Assembly (NCBI GenBank): GCA_037379345.1
Contig: CM074516.1
Span: forward strand, 39,035,626-39,099,625
Direction: 5' to 3'
DNA: 64,000 bases
Origin: Perna viridis
Lineage: Eukaryota
Made by a program: the position numbers and the translations under genes. The notes below the pieces were generated by a model, which had not been told where the DNA came from, did no database searches, and saw nothing but the letters and a program-made list of their open reading frames with translations. Shown here in pieces: positions 54,256 through 64,000 of this stretch (positions within the stretch are counted from its first letter, which is position 1; each line of letters opens with the position of its first letter).

Positions 54256-55199
54256 GGTCTACAACCGGTAAAATTGTATAGGCAAAAGCAAAGTAGAATT
54301 TCTATTGTGAAGCATTGATCTTTTTATAAATGAATACTTATTAATTAATTTGACTACTTTTGTTTGCCATATTTTCGTGGTTCTTAACAAATTTTATTAG
54401 ACATTACACACATGGACAAAGGGGAGTAACTATGTTTCAAATTATGCACGTTAGTAACTACTCTTGTTCTTAAATAAAATATTTAAACTAAGTTTGAAAA
54501 GTAATAAGGAGTAGCTATAACATTTAGACGTGAAAAATCAGTCAGGTCATCTAATCTTCATCTACAACAAAGAAACAACATTGTGCTTCATGAATATAAA
54601 TTATGAGTATCACTGACATTACCTTTACAGGCCTGGATTTGACAGGAAAACTTCCCACTATTCCAAGCATTTGGTCAAATAAGATGTTTCTTATCAGTGA
54701 GTGCTGGCGAAGTTAAACAATATAAGGTCATGTGTTAAGCGTTTCTAATTAAATTACTACATTCAATGGTTTAATATGATTTAAGTCTTAACCCACGAAG
54801 AAAGAAACGGTTTCACATACAAAGCCGGTTGTCCTCAGTTGATATGCACACATGCATATATATTTTAAAATACATTGATTGGAATAGCTTTAGCGCACTC
54901 GAAAAATAAAGTGACTTCTATGCCACATTCAAAAAAATTCATTTACCAACAACCTTGTCTATAATGCATGCGCACCGCCATGATGCTATGAATGACGTCT
55001 CGACCAGTGGGGATATGCAAACTTATTACATTCAATACTTCGCAATTACTTGAAATTTCATTTTGTTGTTTCATATCATTTTTGCTTCTTTTTTTCTTTC
55101 ATAAATAATAGTAAAAAACTCTGTGTTCGTGTTAAAAAGTAAATCAATATTTTATGAAGAATAACAGCGATTTAGATCCACTTAAGTTTCAGATCGTTC

Positions 55200-55805
55200 T
55201 GTGTGAGGGCTTATAACTGTATCTGTCGAGAAAAAGAAATTGTTTTTACTTCAGAATCTCAATCATTTAGCGAAAAGAGATGTTTCTAGTTCGTCTGTTC
55301 TCTTATCTAGTTGACTGCAATCGTACCCAACTTGGCTTTGTCCCTGAAATATGACATATTATTTGATTCGGAACTCGATGGTTACCTGAGAGAGTTTACA
55401 CTGTCTGGTTCGTTTCCCGCAAAAAGTGAATTGAAGAAATTGGTTAAATTCGTTATTATGACAGTACAAGACGATAAATGGAATATTCGTACTCCTTTCT
55501 GGAAGTTAGCAAGAACTAGATATGACATAAGAAACATCTATTTTGTGACAAAACTACTGACCGACCATCCAAATAGCACTCCTGGTTTATGTATGCTTTG
55601 TAACCGTGGGTTCACAGGCGTATATGTCCATCCGACTTGTAACTGTCCTCTACAAGATTTATTATGGGGCTTGTTGATCGAAAATTTTCCGCTTTATGTT
55701 TTCACTAAACTTTATCAATATAATGAAGACCAGGGTTTTGAATTGTTGTTCTTTGTCACTGTATCTCCATATTGTGTGGAAATAAAGGCACGAATAAAAG
55801 AATGA
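55200..55805 (+). mobile_element. Degenerate non-LTR retrotransposon ORF2 C-terminus (zinc-knuckle-like)
   Basis: 164-aa ORF with no ATG start, containing CMLC-x8-H-x4-C. Directly followed by the Penelope-like relic. Confidence 0.5.
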
Positions 55806-55899
55806 ATGATCGCCCGCTTTAAATTTGCAACAAAATTTTCTTGCTTTACGCGTTCATGTTTATGAAATCCTAAAATTGGTCTATAGGTTAATTGTAAAA

Positions 55900-56410
55900 G
55901 AAACCTTTCATCTGTGGCAACACCCCTTCAGCACCTGCGTATGGAGTTTCCTTGTCACAACCCACGCGTTATGCCAGACCTTGCCGTAACTACGCAGACG
56001 TTTTGTACCGCGCAAGAGTACTTACCAATAGGTTCTGGAACAGGGTTATGTTGCTACAAGATTGAAGTCATCACTTGAAGTTTTATGGTCGTCATCATGA
56101 ACTAGTCGAATGTTACAGTGTATCCATCTGCACCATGAAAACCAATTTTTCAATGTGTAATAGTTTTCCTTTCATTCGTCTACCCTGGACGACTTTTTAT
56201 GAACAACTCGGCGGGTGTTTCCTGAAAAGCAGAGAACTCTCACCCAACTGGTGCACCTGGTCCATGCTCCCAGTATTTGTGGAGTCCGAGTTGCTCATTT
56301 ACTCTGTATTATTTTGGTTCTTTTATGTTCTTTGTTGTGTATTTCTGTTTTCCATGTTTAGTCTTTGTCCCTGGATTACACTCTGGCTAGAATCTGGGTT
56401 CCCTTGATTA
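55900..56410 (+). mobile_element. Penelope-like retroelement relic (RT C-terminus plus tail)
   Basis: Degenerate PSAPAYGVSLSQPTRYAR...QGYVATRLKSSL.KFYGRHHELV, followed by the GGCGGGTGTTTC...GGTGCACCTGGTCCATGCTCCC tail. Second copy at 11331-11700. Family assignment is from memory of the motif. Confidence 0.7.
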
Positions 56411-56570
56411 ATCCTTCACAACTTTTATAGACTCGACGGTCAGACATCAATAGTTATTTTGTATGCTCCTGTTAGATTTTGTCAGTAAACTATTCAATAA
56501 CAGAGGCTGATATGCAGAGAAATCTAATTCATTACACATTAAGAAGATATGTAAAAATTTATTTCTAACA

Positions 56571-56650
56571 TCAAAATATTCCTACACAATATACAAAAAG
56601 TAAGGCGACTGTGACTTCAAGCACTGGCTTCAATGGCATCCCTCCATTCT
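56571..56650 (-). CDS. Otoancorin/stereocilin/mesothelin-like protein, terminal exon with GPI-anchor signal
   Basis: GTATGTTACAG| acceptor, phase 1; (E)NGGMPLKPVLEVTVALLFVYCVGIF* has small-residue omega site, spacer and terminal hydrophobic tail. AATAAA at 56563-56558. Confidence 0.8.
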
Positions 56651-56850
56651 CTGTAACATACAACACATATTTTTATTTTTAATCAATATCATCACTGCTT
56701 GAAAATTGTTCACATCTTAAATCATATTGCGAATCAGATAATTTGAAATAAAATAAAAATTCATTTTATACATTTCTTACTATTGTAAATTTGTTTTCTG
56801 AAATTCACTTTTAGACGGTATGACCCACATTTACGTGCAAACAAACTTAC

Positions 56851-56873
56851 GTGGTCTTTTTTCAAAAACAATT
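56851..56873 (-). CDS. Candidate alternative 23-nt microexon of the otoancorin-like gene
   Basis: Flanked by a strong acceptor (GTCTTTGTTATTTTACAG|) and a consensus donor (CAC|GTAAGT). Open in the incoming phase: (E)LFLKKDH. Confidence 0.5.
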
Positions 56874-57206
56874 CTGTAAAATAACAAAGACAATACAACT
56901 CCATTTTAGAAAGATGAATTATGATATATTTTTGCAATTAACCATTGTACTCTTAATTCTAATTATTTAACTAGAACTAATGGGAACAGGCTCAAGATAT
57001 GGATCACCTAGGTACACCTGGACCATGAAAAAGAAACCAGCTTTAGTTAGATGACAAACCTATTCAAGCATTTGTTAACAAATATCTTTATTCATCTTTA
57101 TCTACGAAGTCAATCTATGAAAAATATCCTTATTATCATTATTTTATTTATACTTTAAAATAGAAGCTAAGAAGTTAACGACCCTGTGATATACCAGTAT
57201 AATTAC

Positions 57207-57348
57207 CTGGTCTTTCGCTTTCCCAGGTAATATCACCAGAGGCTTCTAACTTAGTAAATTGATTGTAATTCAGGTGAGATCTCTGTGCTGTAGTTGTTGA
57301 CTGTGCCTGTGCTGCACTGAAGTTCTCAAGTTGATCAGGAGTAAAATA
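57207..57348 (-). CDS. Otoancorin/stereocilin/mesothelin-like protein, exon G
   Basis: CTTTCTCCAG| acceptor, phase 0; YFTPDQLENFSAAQAQSTTTAQRSHLNYNQFTKLEASGDITWESERP; G|GTAATT donor, phase 1. Confidence 0.85.
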
Positions 57349-57514
57349 CTGGAGAAAGCAAGGACATTTGTGACTCACGTGATTCCTATATTATAATTTA
57401 ATAACAAATTGTTTCTTAAGTGCATGTAAAACTGTGGATTAGATTTTTATTTTGCACCAGCAGACGTTATTTTACTAGACACCATCTTTTAAACATTAAT
57501 TTGATAGTCTCTCT

Positions 57515-59461
57515 TAACACTTACACTGAGTATATGAACAGGTAACACTAATACAGAGTGATCAAAACTTTCACTTAGTAGTGGAACAGGTGAGTAACAT
57601 TAATACAGGGTGATCAGACATTAACAGAACATACTGATACTTAGTACTGAGGCAGATATGTCATACTAACACAGAGTAATCAGACATCAACAGAACATAC
57701 TTAAATTAAGTACTGGGATAGTTAAGTAACACTAATACAGAGTAATCAGACATTAACAGACTGAACACACTTACACTTAGTACAGGGACAGGTAAATAAC
57801 ACTAATACAGCGTCTTCGGACATTAACGGAACACACTTAAATTAAGTACTGGGATAGGTAAGTAACACTAACACAGAGTAATCAGACATTTACAAAACAC
57901 ACTTACACTTAGTAATGGAACAGGTAAGTAACATTAACACAGAGTAATCGGACATTAACATAACACACTGATACTTAGTACTGAGGCAGGTATGTCATAC
58001 TAACACAGAGTAATAAGACATTAACAGAAGACACTGACACTTAGTACCGGAATGCGCAAGTAACACTAACACCGTGTATTCCGACACTAACAGAACACAC
58101 ATAAATTAAGTACTGGGATAGGTACGTAACACTAACACAGAGTAATCAGACATTTACAAAACACACTTACACTTAGTAATGGAACAGGTAAGTAATACTA
58201 ACACAGAGTAATCGGACACTGATACTTAGTACCGGGGCAGGTATGTACCACTAATACAGAGTAATCAGACATTAACAGAAGACACTGACACTTAGTACCG
58301 GAATGGGTAAGTAACACTAACACAGTGTACTCCGACATTAACAGAACACTCATATTTAGTACTGAGGCAGGTATGTCATACTAACACAGAGTAATCAGAC
58401 ATTAACAGAACACACTTACACTTAGTACTGGGACAGGTAAGTAACAATAATACAGCGTACTCGGACATTAACAGAACACACTTAAATTAAATACTGGGAT
58501 AGGTAAGTAACACTAACACAGAGTAATCAGACATTTACAGAACACACTTGCACTTAGTAGTGTAACAGGAAAGTAATACTAACACAGAGTAATCGGACAT
58601 TAACAGAACACACTGATACTTAGTACCGGGGCAGGTATGTAACACTAATACAGAGTAATCAGACATTAACAGAAGACACTGACACTTAGTACCGGAATGG
58701 GTAAGTAACACTAACACAGTGTAATCCGACATTAACAGAAATCTCATATTTAGTACTGGGACAGGTAAGTAACACGAACACAGAGTAATCAGACATTAAC
58801 AAAACACACCTGCACTTATTTCAGGGGCTGGTTTGTAACACGAACACAGTCTAATAAAACATTAATAGAACACATTAACACTTATATGTTGTACTAAGGC
58901 AGGTATGTCACACTAACACAGAGAAATCAGACATTAGCAGAACACACCTACACTTAGTACCGGGGCAGGTATGTAACACTAATACAGAGTAATCAGAAAA
59001 TTAATAGAACACACTTACACTTGGTACGGGCACAGGTATGTATCACTAATGCAGAGTAATCAGGCAAAAACAGAACACACTCATACTTAGGTAGTAGGTA
59101 AGTGACACTAACATAGAATAATCAGGTATTAACTGTACACGTTTACATTAAATACTGGAAAAAGGTAAGTGACACTAATAAAGAGTAATCAGACACCGAC
59201 AGAACACAGTTATACTTAATACTTAATCGGCAATTAAAACTGCCACAAAGTAATCCGACATCAACAGTGCAGACTTATACTGAATACTGGAACAGGTAAG
59301 TGGCAGTAATACAGAATAATCAGACACTGACAGAACACATTTACACTTGATACTGAAACGGTATTTTACAAGAACACAGAGAAACAGACTTTGCACTGAA
59401 TACTGAAACAGTTTAGTAACATTAACATAATATACTTACACTGAGTACTAAAACAGGTAAG
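57515..59461. repeat. Intronic satellite, ~29 copies of a ~66-bp unit
   Basis: Unit ACACTTACACTTAGTACTGGGACAGGTAAGTAACACTAATACAGAGTAATCAGACATTAACAGAAC. It fills most of the intron between exons F and G and overlaps the end of exon F. Confidence 0.95.
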
Positions 59462-59537
59462 AAACTGATCTGGTTGGGAGCAATACTGTCTATTTGGTCT
59501 GATGTCAGGACACTTATCTCATCTTGTGACAATCCAC
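59440..59537 (-). CDS. Otoancorin/stereocilin/mesothelin-like protein, exon F
   Basis: CTTCATTTAG| acceptor, phase 1; GGLSQDEISVLTSDQIDSIAPNQISFLPVLVLS; AGT|GTAAGT donor, phase 0. Confidence 0.85.
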
Positions 59538-59883
59538 CTAAATGAAGAAGATAATTTAACTCGGTTCTCATTGATCATTTCTCTTTGGACAAAATATCTC
59601 ATTTTGGACCTGTTTTTTTTTTTGCATTTTTTGGCATTAGTATTGGTCGGTCTGCAGTATTCCAGTCACTAATGTTTTGATTAAGGGAAATGTTCTGTTT
59701 AGATTAGAATTAATTGAAATCAAATAAGGCGGAATGCTTTTTAATTTTATTTTACAAACTCATGATTTCACAACCAATTGTAGGACAACGTATGTTGTGA
59801 AAATGAAGCCGAGCAAACAATTGTACTGATTATAGTCACAAAGACAAATTTTAATATCAATGTTATTTTATTCCAATACTAAC

Positions 59884-60032
59884 CAACGACAATGCCGACT
59901 GACGATACTGTGGCCCCATCCCAGGACCCAACATTACTTCCATATACATCACTATTCTTGGCAAGTGTAGCAAAGGCTTTAAGCTGATTCTCATCACAAT
60001 TCGTTAATAATCCAACTGCATCTGATGCTTCC
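59884..60032 (-). CDS. Otoancorin/stereocilin/mesothelin-like protein, exon E
   Basis: ATATAG| acceptor, phase 2; EASDAVGLLTNCDENQLKAFATLAKNSDVYGSNVGSWDGATVSSVGIVV; G|GTTAGT donor, phase 1. Confidence 0.85.
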
Positions 60033-60305
60033 CTATATCAAGTAAATTTAATTGAAAGCACATTGAAAAAGATTTTTTTCCTCTTTAAAGTATTAAACTC
60101 GTCTGGCCACATAATGGGTAAACAAATTTTGAAGGGGAATAAGATCAACTAGAAAAAAAACTGTGAGCAAGTTCACAAAGAGAATATTCTGTTTCAAATG
60201 TATAAAATGCAATACATACAAAACCCTTAGCTGCATTTGCTCCCTTTTTCGCTTTTAGTGTCTATTAGTTACATATTTGATTACAATGAGCTGTTAAAAA
60301 CTTAC

Positions 60306-60454
60306 AGGTAGGCACTAGGGGAAATTGTGTTAATTTCTGAAGCACTCATTCCACATACAAATTTCCCAAGTGACGTTAAATCACTTCCTGTCAAACTACT
60401 GGGTTGTCCACCTGCTTTCACTTTATTCATAAAACCTGTGAAAGCTGCCTGCTC
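60306..60454 (-). CDS. Otoancorin/stereocilin/mesothelin-like protein, exon D
   Basis: ACAACAG| acceptor; EQAAFTGFMNKVKAGGQPSSLTGSDLTSLGKFVCGMSASEINTISPSAY; CT|GTAAGT donor (phase 2). Carries the LxxLGxxxCG motif. Confidence 0.85.
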
Positions 60455-60686
60455 CTGTTGTCAAAATATATACAGTCAAGATAATGTTCCAAATAAGTAC
60501 AATGGAACTCTTTATTAAAAGTGAATGATAAATACGATTTGGGGGTTTTATTGTGTTATTAAGAATAAAAAGGAAAAATCGTATAAAGAGAATTTTGTTG
60601 CATGGATGCTTTAAAAACAAAACAAGTACTATCTTTTAAAAAAAGATAGCCGACACAGTATTTTTTTATTTCTTTTACTTGTAATT

Positions 60687-60880
60687 TTCTACATTTCATT
60701 CAGGAAATATATATACGCATGGCACGCAATTTTCGATAGTTTTTTCGAACGCCACTAAGTTATCAGAATTTAGCCAATCAGGAAACAGAATTGCAGTCAG
60801 GTGACTTGCATTTCCCAGAAAGATCGTCTTTAAGGTCAAAGGGTAAAAAGAAACTATACCGATTGCGTCGGGAAAAAACA
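60687..60880 (-). repeat. Intronic copy of the 19.1-kb dispersed repeat
   Basis: Reverse-complement match to 19100-19281. Confidence 0.75.
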
Positions 60881-61012
60881 CACCGCAAGGAGGACAAACA
60901 ACATACATAACCGTTAGACTTTTTCCTTCGGCTGAGAACTCAAAAACTCTATTTCATATCAATGGTAAACTCTGCACTACATGTAATTCATAGGTAACTA
61001 TAACCGATTTAC

Positions 61013-61165
61013 CTGCGGCTTTGTCCATCCTTCTTTTTCACCGAGTGTACTAATGCTATCCCTGTCAACATTTAGAACTTCAATAACCGATTCATTAAAA
61101 CCTTGAATAATTGTTCCAGCAGAAGAAATTGTCTCAGACGTCCAGTTACTGACCGAGCCATAAAT
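61013..61165 (-). CDS. Otoancorin/stereocilin/mesothelin-like protein, exon C
   Basis: TTGCAG| acceptor; IYGSVSNWTSETISSAGTIIQGFNESVIEVLNVDRDSISTLGEKEGWTKPQ; CAG|GTAAAT donor; 153 nt, phase 0-0. Confidence 0.85.
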
Positions 61166-61335
61166 CTGCAATATTAACGAAGTTTTAAAGATTTGAATTG
61201 CATAAAAATGTTGTTTACTGACTAAATCATACATTAATTTCTTAGATATGTATTTTTGGTAAACTTAAATTGGGTTTAATATGTAACTTGTAAGATGCTT
61301 TTTGTAGTTACAACTAGTAATATATATATATATGG

Positions 61336-62042
61336 ATGTCAGTTATGCACGCCAATGGAAGAATGTCAATCATGCACGCCAAGGGAAGAATGTCAGTCAT
61401 GCACGCCAAGGGAAGAATGTCAGTCATGCACGCCAATGGAAGAATGTCATTCATGTATGCCAAGGGAAGTATATCAGTTATGGATGCCAATGGAAGAATG
61501 TCAGTCATGCACGCCAATGGAAGAATGTCAGTCATGCACGCCAAGGGAAGAATGTCAGTCATGCATGCCAAGGGAAGTATATCAGGTATGCATGTAAAGG
61601 GAAGAATGTAAGTCACGCATGCCAAGGGAAGTATGTCAGTCGTGCATGTCAAGGGAAGAATGTCAGTCATGCATGCCAAGGGAAGAATGTCAGTCATGCA
61701 CGCCAATGGAAGAATGTCATTCATGTATGCCAATGGAAGAATGTCAGTCATGCACGCCAATGGAAGAATGTCAGTCATGCACGCCAAGGGAAGAATGTCA
61801 GTCATGCATGCCAAGGGAAGTATATCAGTCGTGCATGCCAAGGGAAGAATGTCAGTCATGCATGCCAAGGGAAGTATGTCAGTCATGCATGCAAAGGGAA
61901 GTATGTCAGTCGTGCACGCCAAGGGAAGAATGTCAGTCATGCACGCCAAGGGAAGAATTTCAGTCATGCATGCCAAGGGAAGAATGTCAGTCATGCACGC
62001 CAAGGGAAGAATGTCAGTCATGCATGCCAAGGGAAGTATATC
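61336..62042. repeat. Intronic minisatellite, ~26 copies of a 27-bp unit
   Basis: Unit TGTCAGTCATGCAYGCCAAKGGAAGAA, inside the intron between exons B and C. Confidence 0.95.
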
Positions 62043-62234
62043 ACTTTCAGGTATGGTCTTTAGCATATTTGGCAACAGTTGAACACAAAACATACTACTA
62101 TACTTTATTGGGTTAGTATTTTTGTAATCAGTTAAAAATTTTACTTAAATCAAGTGAAAGTGTAGGCAAAATTAAACAGTTTATTTCTAACATATGACTG
62201 GACATTGGAACTTATTAGGAATGCTGATACAAAC

Positions 62235-62410
62235 CGTTTCCATTTTCTCTGAGAGTGCCACTTTTTGTTCTGAAGACCATTCAGTAACTTGTCCAAAGGT
62301 GGTAAGACAATCCGAGAATTCATTATCCACCAAGGAAGTTAAAACAGCCACGCTTAGTACGGGTAGCCCGACTGAACCAAGGTCTTGTATATCAGAACAT
62401 GTAAGGGAAC
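62235..62410 (-). CDS. Otoancorin/stereocilin/mesothelin-like protein, exon B
   Basis: TTTCCTCTGTATTAG| acceptor; SLTCSDIQDLGSVGLPVLSVAVLTSLVDNEFSDCLTTFGQVTEWSSEQKVALSEKMET; |GTTTGT donor, phase 0. The helical G-x-x-x-x-W-S-x-x-Q repeat is typical of the family. Confidence 0.8.
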
Positions 62411-63603
62411 CTAATACAGAGGAAATCTTCATTTAGTTTTTATTATACTGAAGAAAATAAAGAACTTCTTATGTCAAAGTAAAATATGAAACTTGACTGT
62501 ATTAAATCATTGAATCTATCTGTGTTTCTGATAAGGTCAGTCAATACATAGCCATTGCTTCAAAGATGAATGTAAGAAAAAGTAACTCAACTGAAGGTAA
62601 AAAAAAATGATTGAATTTTAAGTTCAATGGGGTAAGAGTGTCAGTCAAATCAAATAAAAGTAAGTGTCCATGAACTTAAATAGCTCAAAATCGTTCTTTT
62701 GGAAATATTATAAACAAAGGGATACACGACAACAACTAAATTCATCATTAATTTTCAAATCACTGGTTTAAGTCCTTGATATAGATTGTAGTGACAGTGA
62801 ATTATTTGGCAAAATTGCTACTGAAACATTTCATTTAATTAATAGCTAATATTTTAGGTCATTAAATTAATTTTTATGAATACTGAATCATTTGCCTCCA
62901 ATCATCAGCTGTCATGTTTCATTTTCAATATAAGGTTCTAATATTAATGATATGGGTATTAATGACATAAGTGTACATGTGACTCCATGCAATCTGTCTA
63001 TAGAAAGCCAAAAACACCTGGTGCAGGGGACTCACAAATGAACTTAATAAAATTGATAAGATCTGACAAAAAGCAAAACAAAAAAGAATGGACAGGTGGA
63101 AATAATGGAAAGAAACTGAAGATGCCCTACGTCCGCCATGGAATGATTTGGACTAAGTCAAGTTTATTATTTCATTTTGAAGGAAAACAAAGAAGCGAAT
63201 ACTACAGGGGTATTAAATTACACACTTAAAGATAGTATTTGAAATGTAAAAAGCGTTTTCGGTGAGAAGATTCAAATATTCCCATAGATCAGTTTTTCAC
63301 CCATAGGTATAGCAAAATGACGTGTATCATCAACTAAGGTGTTAAGTATAACGACTGGTAAATCATGAAATGAGTTTTGACAAAAGGAAACATACAAGTC
63401 ACTTTAATTTTTGTTAGCACTTAATATAATATAAGCCCTTTCAATCTAGGTATTTCAAAACCTATATAGTATCTTACATGTATTTCAGCTGAGGAGAGCC
63501 AGTTGTGATTTTGTGAATAGTATGCCATTGGTATTCAATATAAATAACTTCATCCCTCATTTGCAAAACCAAAAATCTTAATGTCATTACAAACACAACT
63601 CAC

Positions 63604-63811
63604 TGTTAGAAGTCGCTCTCTTTCTTCTTGTGTTTATTCCAGCCAGTTTTATTTCGATTATTCTTTTGAAAATTTCCACCGTTCCTTCTTTCTGTTTTAA
63701 CCTTTCCTCTGTTGTGAAGTCGTTTTTAAAACCACTTTGTCGCCTATTTTTCTGAGCAACTTGTCTTTCTTTAAAAGCTTCGATCAAAGAGTCCGCAAGT
63801 TGAAATGATTC
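63604..63811 (-). CDS. Otoancorin/stereocilin/mesothelin-like GPI-anchored protein, internal exon A with furin site; gene continues beyond the window
   Basis: TTTCACTAG| acceptor (phase 0), ESFQLADSLIEAFKERQ...INTRRKRATSN, A|GTGAGT donor (phase 1) matching the next exon. Confidence 0.72.
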
Positions 63812-64000
63812 CTAGTGAAACAGTTTTTAAGACATATTTTCATCAAAACTACATATATATTTCAGTTATATAACTGTTGCGGCAGTGTAGAAAATATTGT
63901 AAAAAAATAACAGCAAAGAACATATTACACAATGTCCCCGGAGAACAAAGATTCCACATTTAAACACATATAGCACAATGTGCCATAAGAACAATATTCC

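Noticed and set aside
61295-62116. Long repeat ORFs (243-259 aa, and Cys-rich metallothionein-like frames) as genes
   Set aside because: They arise from a 27-bp minisatellite that is open in several frames on both strands and lies inside an intron of the otoancorin-like gene.
62411-62447. Upstream acceptor at 62448 or ATG 62432 as the start of exon B
   Set aside because: An in-frame TAA precedes the ATG. The acceptor at 62411 gives the correct phase with exon A.

Overview
AT-rich (~33% GC by eye), intron- and repeat-rich eukaryotic DNA. The repeat families suggest a bivalve mollusc; this is an inference. Two protein-coding genes can be reconstructed by hand with consistent GT-AG splice phases, both on the minus strand. 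(1) A complete Cip/Kip CDK inhibitor (CDKN1/p21-p27/Dacapo-like, 173 aa; CDS 25077-24630 + 23698-23625) with a further intron in its 3'UTR. (2) The 3' part (8 exons, 63811-56571, 384 aa) of an otoancorin/stereocilin/mesothelin-superfamily surface protein with a furin site and a C-terminal GPI signal. About 31 kb between the two genes has no recognisable gene. The rest is decayed retroelements (a CR1/L2-like LINE, Penelope-like RT tails), several MITEs, a foldback element and three tandem arrays. The most interesting signals are: a candidate 23-nt frameshifting microexon that would remove the GPI signal (anchored vs secreted switch); a 66-bp intronic satellite built from that gene's own exon/splice-donor junction; an unclassified, strongly base-paired motif with pseudoknot potential, present twice, once fused to the 5' end of the LINE; and a 14-copy minisatellite of perfect FoxO sites upstream of the CDK inhibitor. 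Most ORFs in the supplied track are spurious.
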